A stretch of DNA of 42,632 nucleotides, taken from the NCBI GenBank assembly GCA_030618705.1, contig JAUXCW010000002.1, positions 1-42,632 on the forward strand, written 5' to 3'. A program made the translations under genes and the position numbers. This stretch comes from Gammaproteobacteria bacterium (GTDB taxonomy: Bacteria > Pseudomonadota > Gammaproteobacteria > Pseudomonadales > JAHEGP01). How positions within the stretch are numbered: position 1 is the stretch's first letter; each line of letters starts with the position of its first letter. Under the pieces are notes generated by a model that saw nothing but the letters and a program-made list of their open reading frames with translations, was not told where the DNA came from and did no database searches. Below are positions 1-9,450 of the stretch, piece after piece.

Positions 1-1330
1 TCCAGCCAAGTTTTTGCAGCAGTCCCAGCTGGTGCGCGAAGATGGCAATCACCCCGGCCGGGGCGATAAACCGGGTCAGTACATACCAGATATTGAACAT
101 CAGCTCGCCGGTATCCTTGAGTTGCTTGCGCACTGTATTGCGCCGCATGATCCAGCCGACAAAGACGGCGATCAGTAATCCGCCCAGTGGCAGCATGATG
201 TTGGTTGTCGCATAGTCGAGGGTTTCGAATACGCCCGGAATAAAAATACACGCCACCCCCCCGGCCCAGCCGATCAAAGCCAGGGCGAGGGTCGACCAGA
301 CTCGCCAGATACCCTGTCGCTCCAGCCAGGCGACGCCGGGCTCGATCAGGGAGATGGAGGAGCTCAGGGCGGCGATGCCGACCAGGACAAAGAAGATGGT
401 GCCGAAGACTGCGCCACCGGGCATGCTGGAAAAGGCCACGGGCAGGGTTTTGAACATCAATCCCGTGCCCTGGCCCGGTTCCAGGTTGTTGGCGAATACC
501 AGGGGGAATATTGCCATGCCCGCTATCAGGGCGATAAGTGTATCGAGCATGGCGATGATGATGGAGGTCTTTGCTACAGATGCCTTGCCCGGCATGTAGG
601 CGCCATAGGCCATAATGGCGCCCATACCGAGGCTGAGGGTAAAAAACGCATGTCCCAGTGCGGTGAGGAAACCCTCCGGGGTGAGCTTGCTGAAGTCGAT
701 GCTGAACATAAACTGCGCCGCCGCGGCGAAATCACCCCGGGCCCAGCTGTAGCCGAGTAATACCAGCAGCAGGATGAACAGCAGGGGCATGAGGATTTCG
801 ACCACGGTACCGATGCCCCGGGTAACGCCGGCGGCGACCACCGCGCCGGTAATGGCGATAAATATACTGTGCCAGATTAGCTGCCGCGTGGTGTCGCCTG
901 CCAATTGCTCGAAACTGGCCTCGATGGCGTCGGGCTTGAGGCCGCTAAAGCTGCCGTTGGCGCTGTTCCAGACATAGTCCAGTGCCCAGCCGGCGACGAC
1001 ACTGTAGAACATCAGGATCATCAGGCCCGCCAGCACTCCCATCGCGCCGACAAAAGACCAGGCCGTGGTGGTTTTGGCATCCTGGGCGGCGCGAATAGTA
1101 CTGTGGATGGGGTCGGTGCGGCCAAAGCGACCGATGGTGACCTCGGCCATCATGACGGGGATTCCCACCAGCAGGATGCAGCCCAGGTACACCAGCACGA
1201 AGGCGCCGCCGCCGTATTCGCCGGTGATATAGGGAAATTTCCAGATATTGCCGAGTCCTACCGCGGAACCGGTGGCTGCCAGGATGAATGTCCAGCGGCT
1301 TTTCCAGCCGACGTAGTTATCTTTCTGCAT
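1..1330 (-). CDS. Sodium-dependent transporter, neurotransmitter:sodium symporter (NSS/SNF) family; C-terminus runs off the left edge
   Basis: Absent from the ORF track because it has no in-window stop. The reverse complement from ATG (1330-1328) reads MQKDNYVGWKSRWTFILAATGSAVGLGNIWKFPYITGEYGGGAFVLVYL... and stays open to position 1. The GLGNIWKFPY motif and multi-TM hydrophobic pattern are NSS hallmarks. The + strand ORFs at 354-1357 are antisense artefacts. Confidence 0.9.
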   Translation of the reverse strand, partial: MQKDNYVGWKSRWTFILAATGSAVGLGNIWKFPYITGEYGGGAFVLVYLGCILLVGIPVMMAEVTIGRFGRTDPIHSTIRAAQDAKTTTAWSFVGAMGVLAGLMILMFYSVVAGWALDYVWNSANGSFSGLKPDAIEASFEQLAGDTTRQLIWHSIFIAITGAVVAAGVTRGIGTVVEILMPLLFILLLVLLGYSWARGDFAAAAQFMFSIDFSKLTPEGFLTALGHAFFTLSLGMGAIMAYGAYMPGKASVAKTSIIIAMLDTLIALIAGMAIFPLVFANNLEPGQGTGLMFKTLPVAFSSMPGGAVFGTIFFVLVGIAALSSSISLIEPGVAWLERQGIWRVWSTLALALIGWAGGVACIFIPGVFETLDYATTNIMLPLGGLLIAVFVGWIMRRNTVRKQLKDTGELMFNIWYVLTRFIAPAGVIAIFAHQLGLLQKLGW

Positions 1331-1408
1331 GGTTGTCCAGCTGCATACTCGTGTTGATGGGGGAATTGCGCCGCAATTGTAACGGTTCTTATAGCGGGGA
1401 GCTATTCG

Positions 1409-1416
1409 TGTATAAT
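1409..1416 (+). promoter_or_regulatory. Candidate sigma70 -10 element (TGTATAAT) for typA
   Basis: Perfect TATAAT at 1411-1416, about 65 nt upstream of the typA ATG, in the divergent NSS/typA intergenic region. No convincing -35. Confidence 0.3.
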
Positions 1417-1480
1417 GCGGCCGCTTCCAATCACCCTCGCTGGCGGATACGTTCGCCGCGGCCTCATAGCCAAGTCCATT

Positions 1481-3298
1481 ATGATAGAGAAATTACGCAA
1501 TATCGCGATTATTGCCCACGTCGACCACGGCAAAACCACCCTGGTCGATAAACTGCTGGAGCAATCCGGCACGCTGCAGCGCAAGGATGCCGGCCAGGAA
1601 AGAGTCATGGACTCCAATGACCAGGAGCGGGAGCGGGGTATCACCATACTCGCCAAGAATACCTCGATTGAATGGCAGGGCTATCGCATCAATATCGTCG
1701 ACACCCCGGGCCACGCGGATTTTGGCGGCGAGGTCGAGCGTGTCCTGTCGATGGTAGACAGCGTGCTGTTGTTGGTGGACGCGGTCGAGGGTCCCATGCC
1801 GCAAACTCGCTTTGTCACCCAGAAAGCCTTTGATCAGGGGCTCCACCCCATTCTGGTGGTCAATAAGATCGACCGCGATGGCGCCAGGCCCGACTGGGTG
1901 ATAGACCAGGTCTTCGATCTCTTCGATCGGCTCGGCGCCACCGACGAACAGCTGGATTTTCCCATCGTCTACACCTCGGCTATACAGGGTATCGCCGGGC
2001 TGGATCCCGCCGAGATGGGCGACGATATGAATTGTTTGCTGTCGATGATCGTGGATACCGTGCCGGCCCCCGATGTGGATACCGGGGGGCCGTTCCAGAT
2101 GCAGATATCCGCGCTGGATTACTCGAGCTATGTCGGCGTCATCGGCGTCGGTCGCATCAGCCGCGGCAAGGTGCGGGCGAATATGCAGGTGACAGTGGTC
2201 GACCGCGAGGGTGCGACCCGCAACGCAAAGATTCTCGAGGTCATGGGCTATCACGGCCTGGAGAGAACGCCGGTGGCGGAAGCCGGGGCCGGGGATATCG
2301 TCTGTATTACCGGTATCGATAAACTCAATATTTCCGATACCCTGTGTGATCCGGCAACGGTAGAGGCCTTACCGGTGCTGAGTGTGGACGAACCGACGGT
2401 GTCGATGACCTTCCAGGTGAACGACTCCCCCTTTGCCGGCCTCGAGGGCAAGTATGTTACCAGCCGCAACATCCGCGAACGCCTCGAGCGGGAATTGATT
2501 CACAACGTCGCACTGCGGGTCCAGCCCGGTGATACGCCCGACAAGTTTGTCGTCTCGGGCCGGGGTGAACTACACCTCTCGGTGCTGATAGAGACCATGC
2601 GGCGGGAAGGCTTCGAGATGGGGGTCTCCCGTCCGGAAGTCATCCAGAAGGAAATCGATGGCCAGATGATGGAGCCCTACGAAAGCCTGCTGGTCGACTG
2701 CGAAATCGATCACCAGGGCGCGGTGATGGAAGAGCTCGGCAACCGCAAGGGTGAATTGCAGAATATGGTGCCTGACGGCAAGGGTCGGGTCCGGCTGGAA
2801 TTTATTATTCCGTCCCGGGGCCTGATCGGTTTCCGCACCCTGTTTCTCACCCTGACCAGTGGTTCCGGGATCCTGACCCACGTCTTCGATCACTACGGCG
2901 AGGTCAAGGCCGGTGATCTGGCCAAGCGGGTCAACGGGGTACTGATATCCAATACCCGGGGCAAGACCCTGGCTTACGCCCTGTTCACCCTGCAGGATCG
3001 CGGCCGGCTTATCATCGATCCCAATATCGAGGTCTATGAGGGCCAGGTGATCGGTCTGCACTCCCGGGGTAACGATTTAACGGTCAACCCGACCAAGGCC
3101 AAGCAATTGACCAATATTCGAGCTGCGGGCACGGACGAAAACCTGGTGATGACGTCGCCTATTCGCCACACACTGGAGCAGGCGCTGGAATTTATCGAGG
3201 ATGACGAACTGGTCGAGATAACGCCGGAGTCGATTCGTATCCGCAAGAGGTACCTGCAGGAGTCGGAGCGACGCCGCTCGGCACGCAGCAAGCCCTAG
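1481..3298 (+). CDS. typA: Translational GTPase TypA/BipA
   Basis: From the ATG at 1481: [26 protein letters not shown]...[14 protein letters not shown]...NKIDR, a trGTPase G-domain with full-length BipA architecture. The listed ORF start at 1415 is an upstream extension. Confidence 0.95.
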   Translation: MIEKLRNIAIIAHVDHGKTTLVDKLLEQSGTLQRKDAGQERVMDSNDQERERGITILAKNTSIEWQGYRINIVDTPGHADFGGEVERVLSMVDSVLLLVDAVEGPMPQTRFVTQKAFDQGLHPILVVNKIDRDGARPDWVIDQVFDLFDRLGATDEQLDFPIVYTSAIQGIAGLDPAEMGDDMNCLLSMIVDTVPAPDVDTGGPFQMQISALDYSSYVGVIGVGRISRGKVRANMQVTVVDREGATRNAKILEVMGYHGLERTPVAEAGAGDIVCITGIDKLNISDTLCDPATVEALPVLSVDEPTVSMTFQVNDSPFAGLEGKYVTSRNIRERLERELIHNVALRVQPGDTPDKFVVSGRGELHLSVLIETMRREGFEMGVSRPEVIQKEIDGQMMEPYESLLVDCEIDHQGAVMEELGNRKGELQNMVPDGKGRVRLEFIIPSRGLIGFRTLFLTLTSGSGILTHVFDHYGEVKAGDLAKRVNGVLISNTRGKTLAYALFTLQDRGRLIIDPNIEVYEGQVIGLHSRGNDLTVNPTKAKQLTNIRAAGTDENLVMTSPIRHTLEQALEFIEDDELVEITPESIRIRKRYLQESERRRSARSKP

Positions 3299-3310
3299 GG
3301 CGAGCCAGGC

Positions 3311-3748
3311 GTGCGAGCCCTGATACAGCGGGTGACCGAATCCAGTGTCACGGTGGACGGCGAAATAATCGCTGCAATCCGCCACGGCTTGCTGGTGCTG
3401 GTCGGCATGGAGCGAGGCGACACCGAGGCGGCGGCGGACCAAATGGCGGACAAACTGCTGGCTTACCGGGTATTTGCCGACGACGCCGGCAGGATGAACC
3501 TCAGTGTCACCGATATACAGGGCGGCGTATTGTTGGTATCGCAATTTACCCTGGCGGCGGATACCCGCAAGGGCCTGCGGCCGGGCTTCTCTACCGCGGC
3601 GGAGCCGGAGCGCGCCCGGGAGTTGTATCGCTATCTCGGCGAGAGGGTCGCCCCGCGTTGCCATGAGTTTGCCAGCGGCCGCTTCGGTGCGGATATGCAG
3701 GTGCAACTGGTCAATGACGGTCCGGTGACGTTTCTGTTGACGAGCTGA
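3311..3748 (+). CDS. dtd: D-aminoacyl-tRNA deacylase
   Basis: 145 aa with a GTG start. (M)RALIQRVTESSVTVDG...LLVSQFTLAADTRKGLRPGF...NDGPVTF matches the Dtd family throughout, including SQFTL and NDGPVT. Confidence 0.93.
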   Translation: MRALIQRVTESSVTVDGEIIAAIRHGLLVLVGMERGDTEAAADQMADKLLAYRVFADDAGRMNLSVTDIQGGVLLVSQFTLAADTRKGLRPGFSTAAEPERARELYRYLGERVAPRCHEFASGRFGADMQVQLVNDGPVTFLLTS

Positions 3749-3860
3749 TTGGGCACCAACAGTGTTGCGATAGTGATGGGGTTCCACTAGCCAAAGGGAA
3801 GGTGAATGCCTTGTATTATCGGCCGGGCACTGAAATAAGCTTCCGCCGCGATAGACCCGA

Positions 3861-4631
3861 TCAATCCACGCTATCCATCCTCCCATTCAGGCTCCAATCG
3901 TAGTCGAGATAGCGGATATCGAAGGCCTGCTCGCGTAGCAGTGCGGCGACCTCCGGGTCGGTGACATAGTCCGCCAGATAGCTCTGCACGCTGCCGCCGG
4001 CGCGTTCGAAATCCTCCCGATACCACTTGAAGATACTGGACAACCAGGCCACCCGCTGTTGTTTGTCGAAGCGATTCTTGCCGCTGTCGGCGAGAAAGGC
4101 CCTGGCGTTATCGTCCAGTTGCGCATCCAGTCCGGCGACGGTATAGGCCTCCGACCTGAGTCCGGGGCAGGAGCGGGAGGCGCAGACGATGGCAAAATGT
4201 ACCCGGGGCTCTTCCAGGGGCAGGAGCAGTTCCTTCTCCAGCGTATTCAGGCTGATATTCCGGCCCGCAACCGGGTATTGATCGAGGTAAAAGAAGCGGG
4301 TGCGGCCCCAGCGGCCGGCGGGGGAGCGGCCTCGCAAAATGGCGCCGGCAGCCAGCACATTGTAGGCATTGATATAGAAAACCAGCTGCTCGCGGCGACC
4401 AGGCCCGGGCCGCGTGCGCTCCAGGCTTTCAATCAGGCCGGAAAATTCGTCGGCGGCGCCGAGGCCGGTATAGTCAACCTCGCCCTCGACCACATGTTCA
4501 GCCAATAATCGGTTCCATACCGACCAATCTACCGTGACATCGGGGCCGGCAGCCGCGCCGGCGCTTAGTAACAGGGCCACGGCGGTCGCTATTAGGTAAA
4601 TTGAGCCTGGCAACAGGCGTGTTGTACGCAT
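3861..4631 (-). CDS. DUF547 domain protein with N-terminal signal peptide
   Basis: Start moved to the ATG at 4631 (MRTTRLLPGSIYLIATAVALLLSAGAAAG, signal-like). The body (YINAYNVLA...HFAIVCASRSCPGL...FKWYREDF) is the DUF547 pattern as I remember it. The upstream 67 codons of the listed ORF run through a REP-like palindrome. Confidence 0.75.
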   Translation of the reverse strand: MRTTRLLPGSIYLIATAVALLLSAGAAAGPDVTVDWSVWNRLLAEHVVEGEVDYTGLGAADEFSGLIESLERTRPGPGRREQLVFYINAYNVLAAGAILRGRSPAGRWGRTRFFYLDQYPVAGRNISLNTLEKELLLPLEEPRVHFAIVCASRSCPGLRSEAYTVAGLDAQLDDNARAFLADSGKNRFDKQQRVAWLSSIFKWYREDFERAGGSVQSYLADYVTDPEVAALLREQAFDIRYLDYDWSLNGRMDSVD

Positions 4632-4773
4632 AGTAGTTCTTGGAATAGGCTCTTCCCCTAAAGTTCCGGCTAATTGTATAACCAAATTCGATACCCGGGG
4701 AAGACCACCCCGCGCCATGGGCGGCCCGAAGGGTGAGTGGAACGAATAATCCAGGAAGTTGTTGAATTTATGG

Positions 4774-4793
4774 ATCCCAGCCTGCGCTGGGAT
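4774..4793. repeat. REP-like GC-rich palindrome (ATCCCAGC-CTGC-GCTGGGAT)
   Basis: 8-bp perfect stem with a 4-nt loop in a 400-bp intergenic region. Read on the minus strand it translates as ..IPAQAGI.., reminiscent of spurious peptides produced by REP-type repeats in gammaproteobacteria. Only one copy was noticed in this window. Confidence 0.35.
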
Positions 4794-5037
4794 ACGCGCC
4801 CTCTCCAAAAACATGCGTTTTCGGACGGGCACTAATTAGAAGTCCTTTTCTAATTTTTCCCGCTAGTCTCGATCCCGTGTTTTTGCCTTGTTTTGGTGCG
4901 AGCGATTTTTCCGGGGAAGGCGTAGTCCGGAATAGAATGCAGAGTAAACAGGGTAGTTGATTGTAATTATTATAAAACCAATATAAAACAGGAACAGTGC
5001 ACAGGGACGGCCGCTGATTCCGACTGGGAGGTTTTCA

Positions 5038-6096
5038 GTGGATAACCAGGCACCCCGTACGTCAGCTGCCGAGGCTCAATCCGGACACTGGTATAGAGTC
5101 AATCACGACGAAACAGTCACCCCCGCGCCGCGCACTGTCCTGGCATTGCACAACGAACATGCCTATATGTTCAAGCTGCTGGACTCCCTCGATGAGCAGG
5201 CCGGCATGATTACCCGGGGCGAAGATGCCGATTTCGGCTTGCTGCTGGATATCGTCGACTACATGCAGAATTTCCCCTCGCGCTATCATCATCCCAAGGA
5301 AGATCTTATCTACCAGCGGATGGCGCTTCGGGATGATGTGTCTGCCCTCGAGGTGGCGGCTTTGCTGGAGGAGCACAGGGTTCTGGAGCGGCTGCTCGCT
5401 CGCCTGGCCGATGCTATTCGGGATGTACACACCATGCCGACGGTCCTCAAAAAACAACGTGTCGGGGAAACCTGTAGCCAATACGAACAGCTGTTGAAGG
5501 AGCATATCAATACCGAGGAATCGAGGATACTGCCCCGTGCGATCGAGGTGTTGCGTGAGGAAGACTGGTTTCTTATCGACCAGCAGAGCACCCCGCTCAA
5601 CGAAATACCCATTGATAATATTCTCACCGATAACTACAGCAGTCTGCGGCGCTTGTTGCGGGAGAAATCCGAGAAACTCGCGAACAACGTGGTACTCGGA
5701 GAGTTTTTGGCCAGCCATTCCCTTTTGGAGTTTGTCGGTGGTCTGGGCGTTAGCCTCGCCTATGGCCAGGAGGCCTATAGTCACGGTGTACACAGCGGAT
5801 TGTCAGCTTACTGGAAGGCCTGTAAGAGCTGGATGCCGTTTGCCACGGCGCCCGATAGTGGTGGTTTTCAAAACCCGGTGCGGGTGAGCTGGGATGCATT
5901 TGTCCAGGGCATGGCCGAGGTGGAGAAGCCTGACGCAGAATTGCTGCAACCGATGAAGCGCGCGGTGAATCTTTACCGCGCCTTGATCGGTGGCCGCGGC
6001 GCGTCGGTGGCTCAGGAGCAGCTTGCCGAGGGAGAGGAAGAACTCGACCTGAATAGTATGCACTTTCTGGAAGATGCCAGCAGACTTGTTCAATAG
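5038..6096 (+). CDS. Hemerythrin-like (HHE cation-binding) domain protein with ~170-aa C-terminal region of unknown function
   Basis: GTG start preceded by GGGAGG. The N-terminal half carries spaced His/Glu motifs (LHNEHAYMF, RYHHPKEDLIY, LEEHRVLE, LKEHINTEESRILP) typical of hemerythrin-like four-helix domains. Confidence 0.75.
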   Translation: MDNQAPRTSAAEAQSGHWYRVNHDETVTPAPRTVLALHNEHAYMFKLLDSLDEQAGMITRGEDADFGLLLDIVDYMQNFPSRYHHPKEDLIYQRMALRDDVSALEVAALLEEHRVLERLLARLADAIRDVHTMPTVLKKQRVGETCSQYEQLLKEHINTEESRILPRAIEVLREEDWFLIDQQSTPLNEIPIDNILTDNYSSLRRLLREKSEKLANNVVLGEFLASHSLLEFVGGLGVSLAYGQEAYSHGVHSGLSAYWKACKSWMPFATAPDSGGFQNPVRVSWDAFVQGMAEVEKPDAELLQPMKRAVNLYRALIGGRGASVAQEQLAEGEEELDLNSMHFLEDASRLVQ

Positions 6097-6116
6097 CGTA
6101 TTAAGTGAGGTAGTCT

Positions 6117-6914
6117 GTGCCGTCTAAAAGCCATGGTGAACCCGTTAACAGCGGCCCCTCCATCATCAATTCTCTCCTTGAGTTCCGCGCGGGTCTCGAG
6201 GCCTGCGCTCTCCCCTATGCCTTACCCCTGTTGATGCGGGCCGGGCGCGGCGATGGCAAGCCCGTATTGCTGATCCCCGGCTTTACCAGTAGCGATAATG
6301 CCACGTACTTCGTCCGCCGCTATCTACAGCGCCTCGGTTACGATGTCTACGGCTGGCAACTGGGTACCAATAATGGCTTGAGCGCCGAAAACTTCGAGGC
6401 GCTGGAGCGCCGCCTGGCAGCGATATACCAGGATACGGGTCGCCGTGTCAGCCTGGTCGGCTGGAGTCTTGGGGGTTTTTATGCCCGGGCGCTGGCCAAC
6501 AAACACTCACCGATGGTGGCTAAGCTGATTACCGTGGGCACCACGTTTTCCATGCCTACACCCAGGGGTGTCAATCGCGTTATCAATCGTCTCTACGGCC
6601 ATCTCAACCCCTATCAGCAGATGGATGAATTTTTTATCGGTAGTGATCTTTGGGAGTACACCCCTGCTGTGCCGTCGACGTCTATCTACAGCAAGGGCGA
6701 CGGCGTCAACAATTGGCAGTATTGCCTGGATAGCGAGGGCGGGCTATCGGAAAATGTCCGGGTATGGGGCAGCTATAGCGGCATGACCGTCAACCCGCTG
6801 GTATACCACGTACTCGCTGACCGGCTGGCCCAGGATCCTGCGCGCTGGCGTGCCTACCGTCTTCCCGGAGTCCTGCATCGTGTTAAATCCGGCACTGCGT
6901 TTGCCGACGAATGA
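6117..6914 (+). CDS. Alpha/beta hydrolase (serine esterase/lipase-like)
   Basis: 265 aa with a GTG start 20 nt after the previous stop and GAGG upstream. Has the nucleophile elbow GWSLGG; LLIPGF...SD is the beta-strand preceding the oxyanion region. Confidence 0.75.
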   Translation: MPSKSHGEPVNSGPSIINSLLEFRAGLEACALPYALPLLMRAGRGDGKPVLLIPGFTSSDNATYFVRRYLQRLGYDVYGWQLGTNNGLSAENFEALERRLAAIYQDTGRRVSLVGWSLGGFYARALANKHSPMVAKLITVGTTFSMPTPRGVNRVINRLYGHLNPYQQMDEFFIGSDLWEYTPAVPSTSIYSKGDGVNNWQYCLDSEGGLSENVRVWGSYSGMTVNPLVYHVLADRLAQDPARWRAYRLPGVLHRVKSGTAFADE

Positions 6915-6972
6915 GAACTTATAGCGGGTCGGGGTATTCGCGATGCAAGATATTATTTGCCTGGAGTAATCA

Positions 6973-7890
6973 ATGAGTTTGCAAGCTGCCGCGCTGACGC
7001 AGGTCATGCGCCTATTCGGCTCCATGATGGTGAATAGCGGGGAGCCGCCGGAGCTGCGGGAGAAAATCCACAAAGCGAGCAGTCGTATGCCGGCCCCGCC
7101 GAGTGAGGCTCGCTACGAGGAAGTCAGCATCGACGGCAGCATTCCCGCCTACTGGGTCAGTATGCCCGATGTCGACCGCAATAAAGTGCTGCTCTATTTT
7201 CATGGCGGCGGGTATATGTTTGGCGGCACCATGCTGACCCACAAGGACCTGGTCTGGCGATTGTCCCAGGCGGCGAAGTGTCCGGTGCTGTCGCTGGAAT
7301 ATCGCCTGGCGCCGGAAAACCCGTTTCCCGCTGCCCAGGATGATGCGTTTCAGGCCTACCAGTGGTTGCTCGATCGCTTCGCCCCCCAGTCCATCGCCAT
7401 CGCCGGTGATTCTGCCGGCGGCGGTTTGACCTTTGCCACCCTGCTCCGTGCCAGGGATGAGGGTTTGCCGGTGCCCGCCGCGGTGGTAGGGCTCTCGCCC
7501 TGGACCGACCTGGCCTGTACCGGCGAGAGCATCATCACCAACGCCGCCAGGGATGTGTTGATTCCCGCAGACGGTATCAAGGAGGGCGTCGACTACATCC
7601 TCAACGGCGCCGATCCCACCGACCCCTATGCGTCACCGCTCTATGGTGACTACAGCGGTTGCTGTCCCGCCCTGATCCAGGTGGGTAGTGGGGAGGTGTT
7701 GCTCGATGACTCCCGTCGCCTGGCCTATAAAATGGAAGCCAGCGGCATCCCTGTGGTGCTGGATGTGTGGAGCAAAATGCCCCACGTCTGGCAGGTGATG
7801 TCGATGATCCTGCCCGAGGGTCGGGTCGCGATCGATCGTATCGGGGTATTCCTGCGCGGCCATATGCGGTCGGTTAGTCGAACAGGGTAA
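6973..7890 (+). CDS. Alpha/beta hydrolase fold-3 esterase/lipase (hormone-sensitive-lipase family)
   Basis: FHGGGYMFGG (HGGG oxyanion motif), GDSAGG nucleophile elbow and a C-terminal MPHVW catalytic His region. 305 aa. Confidence 0.85.
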   Translation: MSLQAAALTQVMRLFGSMMVNSGEPPELREKIHKASSRMPAPPSEARYEEVSIDGSIPAYWVSMPDVDRNKVLLYFHGGGYMFGGTMLTHKDLVWRLSQAAKCPVLSLEYRLAPENPFPAAQDDAFQAYQWLLDRFAPQSIAIAGDSAGGGLTFATLLRARDEGLPVPAAVVGLSPWTDLACTGESIITNAARDVLIPADGIKEGVDYILNGADPTDPYASPLYGDYSGCCPALIQVGSGEVLLDDSRRLAYKMEASGIPVVLDVWSKMPHVWQVMSMILPEGRVAIDRIGVFLRGHMRSVSRTG

Positions 7891-7898
7891 AATTCGAC

Positions 7899-9257
7899 CT
7901 AGTGGTGGACAATGCGGCTCTGGGTAAACTGGTGATAGGCATCCAGCAAGGGCTCCTCGCCCAAACCGGAGTGTTTCGCGCCGACACGGGGTAGTTCGTC
8001 ACCGCTGATCCCCTTGTTAATGCCCAACTCGGCGGCATCCAGTTGCCGGCCGACTTCGATGGCGTCGTCGGCTTTGCCAAAAACCACAGCTCTCTGGCCG
8101 TAGCGGGAGCGGTTGATGGCGGTGATCGCCTCCTGTTTTTGACTGAAGTAGCTGATGCACAGGACTGGCGCGAGGATTTCCTCGTGGGCGATATCCATGT
8201 CATCGACAACCTGGCTCAGTAGCGTGGGGCGGATAAAAAAATCGGGGTGGTTGGCACCACCTGTCAGCGCTACAGCGCCCTGGTTGATAGCGTTGGCTAT
8301 CAGTCGGGCGGTCTTTTCCCGGCGGCGGTTGTTGATCATCGGGCCGGTATCCGCATCGGGGTCGTTCCAGGTGCCTATCCGGTAGCGCCGGGCCAGGTCG
8401 GTCAACCTGGGTTCCAGCTCAGCGGCAATGCGCAGGTCGATGAAAACCCGCTCTATGGCGAGGCATCGAGGGCAGTCGCCCAGGCTGCTTTCAATGATAT
8501 ACCTGGCCGCGACATCGAGGTCGGCACCCGCCAGTACGATAGCGGTATTTTTCGCTCCCAGGGCCAGCAGCATGGGTTTCAGGCCGTAGGCGGCGCTGGC
8601 CATGACATGTTTGCCGGTGCTGCTCGAGCCGCACAGGGCGATCAATTGTACATTGGATGCAACCAGCGCTCTGCCCTGCGCATCCGCGCCCTGCACGATT
8701 TGCAGTACGTTTTTCGGCAGGTAGCGCTGGTAGATTTCAACCAGTTGCTGGGCTATCAGTGGCGTATTGGGCGAGGGCTTGAGAATGACAGTGTTACCCG
8801 CCATCAGCGCAGGGATCATAAAGCCGAGGCTGGTGGCCACCGGATTGTCCCAGGGCGTTATCACCGCGCAGGTGCCCAGTGGGTCCCGGTAGAGGCTGGT
8901 CGTGCCGGCGGTATCCTCTTTGCTTCGTACACGAAGGGCGGAAAACGCATTGCGGATATTGGCGGTGATGCCCTGGGCCGTGGACTGGATTTCCCGCAGC
9001 CCGCACTGGCGAGGCTTGCCGGTTTCCTCGCTCAGCAGTGCCCCCAGTCGGGGTGCATTTGCCAGTAGTGCGGTGGCTGCCTGTTGCATCATGCGCGCCC
9101 TCTGGGCGACGCCCAGTGCGGCCCATCCCGGCTGGACATCCCTTGCCGCCTGTACCCGGTGGGGGATATCTTCGACGTCGGTGACCCCGACGAAGCCCAG
9201 GGCCATGCCGGTGCCGGGGTCGAGTGAGATAAGGTGCTTGTCTGCGGGTTTTGCCAT
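7899..9257 (-). CDS. Aldehyde dehydrogenase family protein (divergent active-site motifs)
   Basis: ATG at 9257 preferred over the listed TTG at 9290. ALDH landmarks are present: ITPWDNP, ALMAGNTVILKPS, LCGSSSTGKHVM, HEEILAPVL. The Glu and Cys signature regions are atypical (see findings). Confidence 0.8.
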   Translation of the reverse strand: MAKPADKHLISLDPGTGMALGFVGVTDVEDIPHRVQAARDVQPGWAALGVAQRARMMQQAATALLANAPRLGALLSEETGKPRQCGLREIQSTAQGITANIRNAFSALRVRSKEDTAGTTSLYRDPLGTCAVITPWDNPVATSLGFMIPALMAGNTVILKPSPNTPLIAQQLVEIYQRYLPKNVLQIVQGADAQGRALVASNVQLIALCGSSSTGKHVMASAAYGLKPMLLALGAKNTAIVLAGADLDVAARYIIESSLGDCPRCLAIERVFIDLRIAAELEPRLTDLARRYRIGTWNDPDADTGPMINNRRREKTARLIANAINQGAVALTGGANHPDFFIRPTLLSQVVDDMDIAHEEILAPVLCISYFSQKQEAITAINRSRYGQRAVVFGKADDAIEVGRQLDAAELGINKGISGDELPRVGAKHSGLGEEPLLDAYHQFTQSRIVHH

Positions 9258-9450
9258 AGCGAAAGACGGGTGAGGCGGGTGTCGTTGCAATGACCAGCTT
9301 AGCGGACGGCGGGATGAATCACAGGTAAAAATACCTGTCCCACAGCAAACATTTACACAGCATTATTATCGCGAAGGTATTGATTCAGCAAAGCCGCTGA
9401 CTGGGTTATGATTGTGATTGGCCAAATACGGGTAAATAAGGAGAGAGTAA

